From Octopus vulgaris (taxonomy: Eukaryota), in the NCBI GenBank assembly GCA_951406725.2, contig OX597815.1, positions 109,740,001 to 109,804,000 on the forward strand: 64,000 nucleotides of DNA. Direction: 5' to 3'. Shown piece by piece: positions 14,937 to 26,660 of this stretch. The stretch's first letter is position 1. Each line of letters begins with the position of its first letter. Both the position numbers and the translations under genes were made by a program. A model generated the notes under the pieces. It had not been told where the DNA came from. It saw only the letters and a program-made list of their open reading frames with translations, and did not search any database.

Positions 14937-15461
14937 AAGGCTTCTGATCTTAACTGACTGGAAGTGTTATCATGTACATTGTTTTGTCTTGGTATAAAAG
15001 ATGGGCTACAGCAAATATTCTGCTCAATACCACAGATTTGCTTGTCAGTTGTTTGACCTTAACCAGTTGAGCATGTCCCTTAGTGGCTGACGATATGTGC
15101 GTCTCTGATCACGAGCAGAAGTAGTGGGGGAGCATCATAGCCATGTGTTGACAGGGATTATTTGGGGTTTGAATAATTCACCTATGGAAACTTGAGTGTT
15201 TCTTTCAACATCCTTAAATAAACCTTATTCAGGGACCTTTTGAGCGGGATGGGCTACTCAACCTGAAGAAAATTCTAACTGGGCCCAACCTGCGAGGTCA
15301 TGTGCTGTTTATGTTGATATGAGATCACCACGTCGCGCACATATGTTTGTGATGCATGTGCCTGGTGTACCCTTATCAGACGGGTAGTCATGATGGGTAT
15401 ATTGGGCTTCGTATATTTTACCCCAGTGTCATTTTGATGGCATGAACTGCTCTCTCACTCA
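14937..15461 (+). mobile_element. ~560-bp non-coding (AAT)n-embedded repeat, 'family C'
   Basis: High similarity to reverse-orientation copies at 20874-21330, 56893-57424, 3809-4120, 58012-58237 and the same-orientation copy at 23966-24350; ends …CTCTCTCACTC(AAT)n. Confidence 0.85.
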
Positions 15462-15464
15462 ATA

Positions 15465-15534
<70 letters not shown>

Positions 15535-15743
15535 TGATAATAATTCCAATAACAATAATATAAAGTGTTTTCCCTGTGTGGCATTTTAACCAAAAACTCA
15601 TAAGTATGTAAAAGCATTCAGATTGAAAGTAACAATTGTATATAATGAAGAAAAGTGAGTGTTCATTCGAGATAGGTAGATAGATGCATACATACATACA
15701 TACATACATGCATAGATACACGTATATAGATATACGCACAATA

Positions 15744-15776
<33 letters not shown>

Positions 15777-15912
15777 GCATATATACACACACGCTCGCGC
15801 GCAGACACACACACAAACACACACACATATATATATGCTTCTAATATAGGATCAAACTTTTTTTTAAAATTTCATCAGTGGCCAGTATATTAAGATACCT
15901 TTTAAGGTGAAA

Positions 15913-15947
<35 letters not shown>

Positions 15948-15964
15948 TATATATATACTCTTTT

Positions 15965-16358
15965 TTTTATACTTGTTTCAGTCATTTGACTGCGGCCATG
16001 CTGGAGCACCGCCTTTAATCGAGCAACTCGACCCCGGGACTTATTCTTTTGTAAGCACAGTACTTATTCTATCGGTCTATTTTGCCGAACTGCTAAGTAA
16101 CGGGGACATAAACACACCAGCATCGGTTGTCAAGCAATGCTAGGGGGACAAATACAGACACACAAATACACACACACACGCATATATATATACATATATA
16201 CGACGAGCTTCTTTCAGTTTCCGTCTACCAAATCCACTCACAAGGTTTTGGTCGGCCCGAGGCTATAGTAGAAGACACTTGCCCAAGGTGCCACGCAATG
16301 GGACTGAACCTGGAACCATGTGGCTGGTAAACAAGCTACTTACCACACAGCCACTCCT
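15965..16358 (-). mobile_element. SINE family B, full length
   Basis: Reverse complement of 41158-41572. Confidence 0.9.
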
Positions 16359-16902
16359 CAAGGAAGTACACACACCACCTACATGCAAACATCTATCACA
16401 TCTCTCTCTATATATCTATGTATTCATCTTTATAAAAGTAGTTACGATTTACTTAATGTATATCGTTACTTATCCAAATTTTGTTTGTTTTTCTTCAAGG
16501 AAGCACCGAGGGATTACCAAGTAATAACCAAACTAGCGATGTTGGCCAGTTCACAACAATATGCGGAAGAGGTAAAAATCATTGATCATATTGTATCTTT
16601 GATATGTATTACTTAACAAATTAGCTACCTTTTATCAATTTTTCTCTAATAGCTTTTCACTGAGCCACTTTTAAATAGCGTAGTCTTTAGGAAAACGAAA
16701 CGAAACATATGTAAGAATGTTGTATATCTATCGATAAGAAAATCTTGTTTTGTCTTTGCTTATTCTGAGTGGCAATGCAGTGAACCTGTTTTTGTTGTCT
16801 ACCTCCGAGATTGTTAGAGAAACAGTAAAGCGTCACCCTTAACTCAGAAACCTGATCCGAGCACTTGGACTCTTTTGAGAATGTTTCATGAGTTCTAATC
16901 TT

Positions 16903-17203
16903 ATTTTTCATTGTTCTTTCTCGAGCCATGCCTGGCTCATAAGGGGCTGTTTCTCGGTTTCCTTGTCGTATAGGTTCCCCACCTCGACGGGACGCCGGTT
17001 CGTTGCAGGTGAGCTGCAAGATGCAGGAGGAAAGAATGAGAGAAAGTTGTGACGAAAGAGTCAGCAGAAGTTCGCCATTACCTTCTGCCGGAGCCGCGTA
17101 GAGCTTATGTGTTTCGCTGATAAACACACATCACCCGGTCTGAGATTCGAACTCGCGATCCCTCGACCGCGAGTCCGCTGCTCTAACTAGGCATTGTGCT
17201 TCC
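16903..17203 (-). mobile_element. tRNA(Arg-like)-derived SINE family D with 17-bp TSD
   Basis: TCATGAGTTCTAATCTT at 16886-16902 and 17204-17220; minus-strand head TAGTTAGAGCAGCGGACTCGCGGTC..GAGTTCGAATCTC. Confidence 0.9.
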
Positions 17204-17425
17204 TCATGAGTTCTAATCTTGCGAGAAATAAATCTTTAATTCTTCATGGCAACAAGATTTACCAAACAATTCAAGAAATTCTCGTTAGCAGAAGGTTCGT
17301 CAGCAAGTGTGTGACTATTGTCACAAGTTGTCTCAGATTCCGGCATTTTATCACATATGTCCAGTATTCATCTCGGTCACACAAAAAGAAAAAAAAAAGA
17401 TGGGACGTGTAGTATCAAATCGCAA

Positions 17426-17555
17426 GTATGTATGTATGTATGTATGTATGTATGTATGTATGTATGTATGTATGTATGTATGTATGCATGTATGTATGTA
17501 TGTATGTATGTATGTATGTATGTATGTATGTATGTATGTTTGTATGTATGTATGC
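17426..17555. repeat. (TATG)n microsatellite
   Basis: Directly visible. Confidence 0.95.
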
Positions 17556-17901
17556 ATGCATCTCTGTGTGTGTCTGCATGCAGGCACGAAGAAGTTGAGT
17601 CGGACAAGAGTACACACCTGCTACACAGGGGAATTTGGAAAGTTGCGTTTACAATGATGATGATGGTGGTGGTAGTGGTGGTGGTGGTGGTGACGAATGA
17701 TGATTCTTTTATTGTTATCATTGTTAATGATGATGATGATGGTGGTAGTGGTGGTGGTGGTGGTGACGAATGATGATTCTTTTATTGTTATCATTGTTAT
17801 TAGTAAATGAAAAAAAGTTAAAGATCAAAGGAGAGAAAACTACGGCTCACAATATATATGACTGTGTATTAGATGTATGTATGTATATGTATATATATAT
17901 A

Positions 17902-17990
<89 letters not shown>

Positions 17991-17997
17991 CGTAGTC

Positions 17998-18341
17998 ACT
18001 TTAACATGGCTGTCCGTTCGAGCGGACTCTACTGTGATTTTTAAACCCAAGAGGGCATTTCCTCTAGCTGGTTAACGAAATACAGCTGCATGTGGTAAAA
18101 TTGCGAGCAGGGGTGCGAACCCTTACCATCTCCAAGCGACGGGACCAGTAGACCAGTCCTGATTTCGGCCTATTTCTGTAAATCCTCAGTACTGGACACT
18201 TCGTCTGCCAGAGATGATAGCAACTCGCTTCCGCACGTAATATATACATATCAAGCGAACACACAGTCGCTGATTTTACAAGTCCTCTTGGGGTTAGAAT
18301 TTCGCAGTAGAGTCCGCTCAAATGGACAGCCATGTTAAAGT
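17998..18341. mobile_element. MITE with ~40-bp TIRs, superfamily unassigned
   Basis: ACTTTAACATGGCTGTCCGTTCGAGCGGACTCTACTG / CAGTAGAGTCCGCTCAAATGGACAGCCATGTTAAAGT. Confidence 0.8.
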
Positions 18342-18429
18342 AGCTTGGAATATTACTTGTCAGTACAGCTACTGCGCTGATCTCTTAGCAATATTTTAGA
18401 AGTAGCACTTTTGCTTATACATACATAAA

Positions 18430-19815
18430 TAAATAAATACATACATACATACATACATGCATACAAAGAAACCTGGGTCATAACAAATATAAAATGAAAC
18501 CCTAAAGCCTTTATTAGATACGCCATGGAAACTACCTCCGTGCGTTGCAGGGTAGGGTCACTCCTCCGAAAACATGGCTCCCTCACGGAAAACTCAATGA
18601 GGATAAGTGAAACACTGAATGAACAATTCGAAAGTGTTTCACCCCACCCTTTCAGCACATGGAAGTTACCAAACCTTTAGAATTATTTACAGCTACAGAT
18701 GCAGAAACGGAGGCAGAAAATATTGACTATATCAGTATCAAAGAAGAGGTATAGACGATGTAAACACAAACTCAGCTGCTGGCACCGCTGGATTCTCAGC
18801 AATCCATCTCAAGTCTGCTCAACAACAATGTGGGCGTGATGTACCTTGACTTGGCAAAAGCCTTTGACAAAGGTGACCAGGATATGATATGTCACAAGCT
18901 GCGTAATCTTAGGATAGTTGGAAAACTTGGAGAATGGCTATATGACTTTCTAAAAGATAGAAGTCAGGTAGTAGAGACCAACGGAGCCACTTTCAAGGAA
19001 ACACAAATAATGAGTGGTGTTCCACTGGGCACTGTCTTGAGGCTGCTGTTATTCATAGTAGCCTTCTCAGACATGCCCTCAGCTGCCCAAGCAGCCACCC
19101 TTGCTAGCTATACAGACGATAAAAAGTCTCTCAGAAGATACAGAACCCTGTAGACGTTGCGTATCTGCAATGGAATTTGGGCACAATATAGATGTGGAGT
19201 GAAGAAAATAACATGCAGTTTAATGCTGCAAAATTCCAAGCCCTACGCTACCAACACACGAAGCTCAATGAAAAGCAGACAGGATACACTGGCTCAGGAG
19301 GATTGTGAGTCCTGAATCAAAATCAGTGCTTGATCTCAGCATCGTTATGAGTAACAATGCATCTGTCCAGGTGCATGCTATTAAGGTGGCAATAAAATGC
19401 AGACGGTTGGCTGGATAGATCCTTCGAACTTTCAAAACAAGCGAACAGGAAGCTATAATAGTCCTCTGGAAGACTTTCGTTTTCAGTCGCCTGGATTACT
19501 GACCCTAATTGTGGACGCTAAACAGTGTAAAATCAACGACGGAACTCGAGGTGACCCAGCGAAGCTATACAACACAAAGCCTGAGAGACCTGCATGGCGT
19601 GCATGTGGGCGTTTTCAAAACAAAACTGGAGCTTCTGTAACAGTTCCTGATAAACCTACTTCAAGGCAAGAAATACAGATGAGGGTAGTGACATCAAACT
19701 CCCCCACCCACCAAATGCCACACATTAGAGGAGGTTTATTGATAATGTAGCAAAGCAAACGGCTGTGCCACAGCATGGCCGCAGCCCTTGGACAGCATCT
19801 GAAAACTAGAAAAAC
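18430..19815 (+). mobile_element. CR1/L2-group LINE relic (RT plus 3' end)
   Basis: YLDLAKAFDK, SGVPLGTVL..LLF, YTDD, WSEENNMQFNAAK; 3' end GGCTGTGCCACAGCATGGCCGCAG. Confidence 0.85.
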
Positions 19816-20476
19816 ACATATACATATATATAATGGGAAGCTTTATGAAAATAGACAAAAGACGAAGGCAAGTTTACGGAAATAAACAAAAGATGAAGGC
19901 AGGTGGAATACAAACAAACAATTGTATTAGTATGGCGCTCAGGAAATATAAATGAAACAAGTCTTTAACGTTTCGAGCCTACGCTCATATATATATACGA
20001 GTTTGTATGATTGTGTAAAGAAAAATATATTAATCATTGAAATTCCAACTTAGTCTGATTTTCACGTTTTATTATTTGCAATTTTTACAATTTTACAATA
20101 CTGAAATAAACTAGTATTTTCATGCGTTACGCAATCAGCAGGTTTATGTAGTGACAATCGTGTTCCACAATTGACAATTGTAGTGACATCCGATGAGCTC
20201 CAGCAGGCTGAAACTTACAAACTGTATTCTGACCAATCAGTATGTGGCTCAGTATGTGGTTTGGTGGGCCCGTCAAGGATTCTTTACTTTGACCGTACTT
20301 AAATAATAATTGTTTGGCTATATTTTGGATTGTTGTAAATTACATTCCTGTTTTCATTGAATTCTGTTGTTGCTCCAGAAATGGTTACATTTCAGTCGAG
20401 TATGTTCATTTGGTCAACTCTACAATCATCCTCCCATCACTTTTATTATTGCTGTTGCTATCGGTGGCAGTAGTAC

Positions 20477-20553
<77 letters not shown>

Positions 20554-20556
<3 letters not shown>

Positions 20557-20782
20557 TAGTTTTATTTTTATAGCGTGCTTTCACTTCACTACCGAGCGCA
20601 GCTCTGTGTGCCTTGGGTATGTGCTGTGATTTGTTGTGATGCTCTGATGGTTATTGTATGGAAAGTGTTCTGCGTAGGATGTGTGCAGTGCCTAGTAGTG
20701 CAATTTTCTGTATGTTATATGTGTTTGTAAGTCCTGGTGTTTTTGTTATGTATTTGTCTGAATATTTTTTTATCATGCCTTT
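20554..20782 (-). mobile_element. 5'-truncated R4/Dong 3' end
   Basis: Reverse complement of 23290-23510 (IALLGTAHILRRT plus 3' UTR), between (ATT)n tracts. Confidence 0.8.
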
Positions 20783-20825
20783 TATTTTTTTTTTATTATT
20801 ATTATTATTTTTTATTATTATTTTA

Positions 20826-20873
<48 letters not shown>

Positions 20874-21330
20874 GAGTGAGAGAGCAGTGCATGCCATCAA
20901 AGTGACACTGGGATAAAATATATTAAACCCAGTATACCCATCATGACTACCCGTCTGATAAGGGTACACCAGGCACATGCATCACAACCATATGTGCGCA
21001 ATATGGTGATCTTATATCAAGATAAACAGCATATGACCTTGCAGGTGGGGCCCAGTTAGAAAGTTCTTCTGGTCGAGTAACCCATCTCGCTCAAAAGGTC
21101 CCTGAATAAGGGTTATTTAAGGATGTTGAATGAAACACTGATGTTTCCATAGGTGAATTATTCAAACCCCAAAGAATCCTTCTCAACACATGGCTATGAT
21201 GCTCCCCCACTACTTCTGCTCGTGATAAGAGACGCACATATCGTCAGCCACTAAGGGATATGCTCAACTAGTTAAGGTCAAACAACTGACAAGCAAATCT
21301 GTGGTATTGAGGAGAATATTTGCTGTAGCC
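20874..21330 (-). mobile_element. family C copy
   Basis: GAGTGAGAGAGCAGTGCATGCCATCAAAGTGACACTGG… after (ATT)n. Confidence 0.85.
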
Positions 21331-21404
21331 CTCCTTCTTCTTCTTCTTCTTCTTCTTCTTCTTCTTCTTCTTCTTCTTCTTCTTCTTCTTCTTCTTCTTC
21401 TACT

Positions 21405-21455
<51 letters not shown>

Positions 21456-21702
21456 TTATTATTATTATTATTCTTGTTGTTGTTGTTGTTGTTGTTATAT
21501 TGAAGCTTATATTAACAGAGTTGTAAGAAGTTTTGCTAAATAATATCCATGCATTTCAATCTATCACGTCTGGTGCTTTAAATTCTAACCTTTATACTGG
21601 TATTAGTATTCAGTATCGAATACCAAATACGATAAGAAATTTATGTCCAATGTACTTAAAATAACAATCCAAACTACAAAGGATGCTTTTTTTCATTGTC
21701 AT

Positions 21703-21806
<104 letters not shown>

Positions 21807-22294
21807 TTCATTATGCAAAATATATAAGATACAAAAATTACCTTTAGCATTTCTAATATTGATATAATCATAACATTTCTCAGTCTAGAAATAAAAAATT
21901 TTATGTCTTTAAATAATTCATGCTCGGAGTAAACAATAATACTTTTACTATTCCAAATGATAATAATAATCTTGAAATGCATAGCCCTAGAAAAAACAGG
22001 ATAGGAAATATTATTTGGTTTACCGTTCCGTTTTCTTTAAATATGAAATGAAAATTACCATAAATAGTTATCATTTAAAATTCGTAAGGAAAATTTTACC
22101 GTATATCATAAATATCATCAAAACTATTAATAAGTCAAATATTGTCTATCAAATCAGATATCATGTTCTACCACACAAATCTGAACCTCCTCAAGTTAAA
22201 TAAACATGCTATTAACTGTAGACCTAGTGAACATATCAGCAGGCTTGCATATTATAGTGATGATAGTAATAATGATATGAATAGTTATAATGAT

Positions 22295-22456
22295 AATCCT
22301 TTCTACTATAGGCCTGAAATTTGGGGGAGGGCGTTTTGTCAATTGTATCGACTCCAGTGTTTCACTGGCGGAATTTGAACTCAAAACGAAGTGGCAGACG
22401 AAATATCGCTAAGCATTTCGCCCGATGTGTTAACGATTCTATCACCTGGCCGCCTC

Positions 22457-22457
<1 letters not shown>
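22295..22457 (-). mobile_element. SINE family A, internally deleted
   Basis: GGAATTTGAACTC..CGAAATATCGCTAAGCATTTCGCC..CGCC. Confidence 0.7.
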
Positions 22458-22507
<50 letters not shown>

Positions 22508-22509
<2 letters not shown>

Positions 22510-23510
22510 TTCCAAGGGGACACGCTCTTTCCACTCCTTTTCTGATTGGCACTGCCGCTTTTATCTGACGGGTTAAACAGAAATGGATGTGGATACAACA
22601 GTTACGGCAAAACGCTTAACCATCTCTTGTATATGGATGATTTAAAACTAAATGCTACAAATGATAAACAGCTGGAAACATTGCGACAGACAGTAAATAG
22701 ATTTACCAAAGAAATGAACATGAAATTTGGCTTAGAAAGGGGAAAAGAGGAAACCTAGTTAAGAGTAACAACATCACAGTAGATTAAAGCAAATGAAATA
22801 AGGGAATTAGACCAAAGTCAGACATACAAATATTTAGGAATCAATGAACTAGATACGATACAACACACAGATGAAAGAGAAGATAAAAAAGGAATACTAT
22901 TATTGAGTTAGATTAATACTGAAAACAGAGCTAAATGCGAAGAACAAGATAATAGGTATCAACACTCTAGCCGTTCCAGTTATAAATTACAGCTACAATA
23001 TTCTTAACTGGACTCCAAATGAACTAATCAAAATAGACGGGAAAACAAGAAAAATAATGACAGGATGTGGGATACATCACCCAAAATCTGACATAGAAAG
23101 CTATATACACAAAGTATCGAAGGAGGTAGAGCCTTTATACAGCTAGAAAACTATTACAAAATAACAACCATAAGACTACAGGAGTGCCTACTTCAGAAGC
23201 AATGAAAACTAATACAAATAGCCACAAAACACGAACAAAACAAAAAAATATTTTCAGGCCTTAATGAAGCTGACAAACACAAAAAATAAAAAAAGGTATT
23301 CAGACAAATACATAACAAAACACCAGGACATACAAGTATATATAACACACAGAATATAGCATTATTAGGCACCGCACACATCCTTCGTAAAACACATTCA
23401 ATACAGTGGAAATAAGAGCACCACAACAAACCACAGCATATATATACGACACAAAGACCTGCGCTCGGTAGTGCAGTGAATGCACGTGATTAAAAAAAAG
23501 GGCTACTGAA
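22508..23510 (+). mobile_element. R4/Dong-like non-LTR retrotransposon relic (RT plus 3' end), internally deleted
   Basis: IFQGDTLFPLLF and LNHLLYMDDLKL RT motifs, YKYLGI, C-terminal IALLGTAHILRK; flanked by (AAT)n on both sides. Confidence 0.85.
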
Positions 23511-23529
23511 TAATAATAAAAAAATAATA

Positions 23530-23838
23530 ATACTCCAGGCACAAGGCCCGAAGTTTTGGGGGAGGGCGAAATTTGAACGCAGAACGTACGGATTGACGAA
23601 ATACCTATTTCTTTACTTCCCACAAGGGACTAAACACAGAGGGGACAAACAAGGACAGACACACGGATTAAGTCGATTACATCGATCCCAGTGCGTAACT
23701 GGTACTTATTTAATCGACCCCGAAAGGATGAAAGGCAAAGTCGACCTCGGCAGAATTTGAACTCAGAACATAGCGGCAGACGAAAAACCGCTAAGTATTT
23801 TGCCCGGCATGCTAACGTTTCTGCCAGCTCGCCGCCTT
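23530..23838 (-). mobile_element. SINE family A dimeric form
   Basis: Full head plus CTTGTTTGTCCCCTCTGTGTTTAG tail plus partial second monomer. Confidence 0.85.
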
Positions 23839-23850
23839 AATAATAATAAC

Positions 23851-23888
<38 letters not shown>

Positions 23889-23889
23889 C

Positions 23890-24352
<463 letters not shown>

Positions 24353-24359
24353 AGGCAAT

Positions 24360-25290
24360 ATAATCAGAGTAAGAAACTGCAATCAGTCTCAAATGAGGCA
24401 TATAAAAATAGATGAGCGCTTAACCTTTATAGTTATGATGATAAAGAGGACACACCACGCTATAAGGCAGCAACATTGTGTAAAACAAATACCAAACATA
24501 AAAGTTTGAAGATAATATTGAGACTGTGGCAAGAAAAACCATTGCATAGGCAATACGCCAATCCAGTAGGGCCAGCTGATGTAGATATGAGAAGAACCCA
24601 TCAGTGGCTGCAGTGTGCTGATTTGAAAGCAGAAACAGGAGTTATCCTAGCGGTACAAGATCAGAGTCTTCTCACTTGGAATTACCCTGCTAATGTCACA
24701 ACAATGAGGTAGACATAAAGTGTAGGCTTTGCAATGACAAATTGGAGAGTATTGACCACATTGTTACCAGTTGCTCAGTCCTTGCCCCTACAGAATATAA
24801 AATGATCGGGTTGGCCAATGCTTGCATTGGAATGTATGCCGTCACTATGTTATCCCGCACCCTAAGAACTGATATGCACACCTTCCAGAGCCATCTGAAG
24901 GAGAGAATATTACCATCATATAGGATTATGGGATACATGCAGTCAGGTAAATAAATGCTGACAGATTAGACATCAAAGACCTGAGACAAAAACATGCTTG
25001 TTAATTGAGATGACATTGTCTACTGATATTGAAAACATCTAAGCAAAGGAACTGAAAAACTGTCGAAATATAAGGACGTGATAATTAAAAACCATAATCA
25101 AATTTGTTGTAGATATCCTGGGAATGATCAAGAAAGACAGTGACATTTTTTTTTACCAGACCACTGAAAAACCGATATGTTGACATCAACCGCCCACATT
25201 CTCAGGAGGTTTCTCTCCATCTAATATATACAAGAATTAGGTCTCTGGTTCAGACCCGGTCGGAAAATGAAATAAAATGCAGATCAAAAG
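24360..25290 (+). mobile_element. R4/Dong-like relic (zinc knuckle/RLE region)
   Basis: WQEKPLHRQY, THQWL..LKAETG..LAVQDQSL, CRLC..ESIDHIVTSC (CCHC) with frameshifts. Confidence 0.8.
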
Positions 25291-25339
25291 AAAATAATAA
25301 TAATGATGATGATGATGACGATGATGATAATGATGACGA

Positions 25340-25909
25340 GTTAGATAAATATTGGCTTCAAAGCTGAATGCCAGAGACATAATTTCGGCAGTAAACTCGC
25401 TTGCAGTCGCATTCGTTTGGTATGACGTTGTAATTCTGGATTGGGCAGAGGAGAAGCTAAAGGAGATGGATAGGAAGACAAGAAAGCTTTTAATGATGTA
25501 AGGAGGCTATCATCCGCGGGCATCCAATAGGTACTGTAACAAAAGATACCCAGTAGAATTGTAACAAAAGGTTTGCCTCCTTGGCCTCAGCCAGAATGAT
25601 CAGGAAAGTATTAGATAGTTGAAAAGAACAGATAGCAGGAGCTCCAACAAAACCTGTGATAAAGAGAAATAATAATAATGGGAACGGCCCATATCCTACG
25701 TAAAATACTATCTATGTAATCTCAAATTTTAAAACAAACTCATAATTTTCTTATGTTTTCTTAAGCATTCTCTAGAACGATACTATTTGCAAAACCAAAT
25801 ATATGACACCCTATGCATAACACCAACATGAACTTCTAACTTGTTGATCTTGAGGTCTTTGGGTGAGACTTGGAACAAACTTGTACAAATACAAAACAAA
25901 AGTCAAACA

Positions 25910-25912
<3 letters not shown>
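25340..25912 (+). mobile_element. R4/Dong-like relic fused to a 3' end
   Basis: LDW..ELKEMDRKTRKLLMM.GGYHPRA, then MGTAHILRKILSM* and a 3' UTR ending in (AAT)n; same 3' end reversed at 58255-58550. Confidence 0.7.
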
Positions 25913-25969
<57 letters not shown>

Positions 25970-25970
<1 letters not shown>

Positions 25971-26161
25971 TCTGAAATTTCGGAGGAGAGAGCCAGTTGA
26001 TTAGAAGGACCCTAGTACACAATTGGTACTTATTTCATGGACCCCGAAATGATGAAAGGCAAAGTTGACCTCGGCAGAATTTGAACGCATTACATAGCGA
26101 TGGGCAAAATACCGCTAAGCATTTAACCTGGCGTGCAAACGATTCTACCAGCTAATCACCT

Positions 26162-26162
<1 letters not shown>
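25970..26162 (-). mobile_element. SINE family A
   Basis: Core GATGAAAGGCAAAGTTGACCTCGGCAGAATTTGAAC. Confidence 0.75.
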
Positions 26163-26219
<57 letters not shown>

Positions 26220-26248
26220 GCTGCTGCTATTACTAATAATAATTATGA

Positions 26249-26298
<50 letters not shown>

Positions 26299-26337
26299 AT
26301 AATAATACTTATTATTATTGTTGTTATTGTTGTTGCT

Positions 26338-26660
26338 GATATTATTATCGGAAATCGGACATTGTTGTGGTGAATAAAAAAGAAAGAACATTTATGATAA
26401 TCGACATAGCTTGCCCCGGTGACAACAGTCGTGATAGAAATAGTAATTGGTGCACTTGAAAGTATCAGCACTCAACTATCAACATGGCTGAAAAAATCGG
26501 TGCAAGTGTGAAGGTAGAACACCTACAAAAATCAGCATTGCTTTGAGCTGCAAGAATTATTCGCAGAGTTCTTAAAGCATGACCAGTAAACAAGTGTCAC
26601 TTTAGTCTGCTGGCTGTGGACAGCTGACACTTACCATCATACCCAGCATAAAGAATTCAG
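26338..26660 (+). mobile_element. R4-like restriction-like endonuclease fragment
   Basis: DIVVVNKKERTFMIIDIACPGD (degenerate PD-D motif) and QKSALL.AARIIRRVL. Confidence 0.65.

Noticed and set aside
17130-17203. tRNA gene
   Set aside because: The tRNA-like sequence is the head of a TSD-flanked SINE with an incomplete cloverleaf; the same applies to SINE A and B heads
18830-19153. Functional reverse transcriptase gene
   Set aside because: Fragmentary with stops, frameshifts and degraded motifs; TE relic
20185-20235. Hammerhead-like CCGATGAGCTCCAGCAGGCTGAAAC
   Set aside because: Core mutated and stems I/III not convincingly paired
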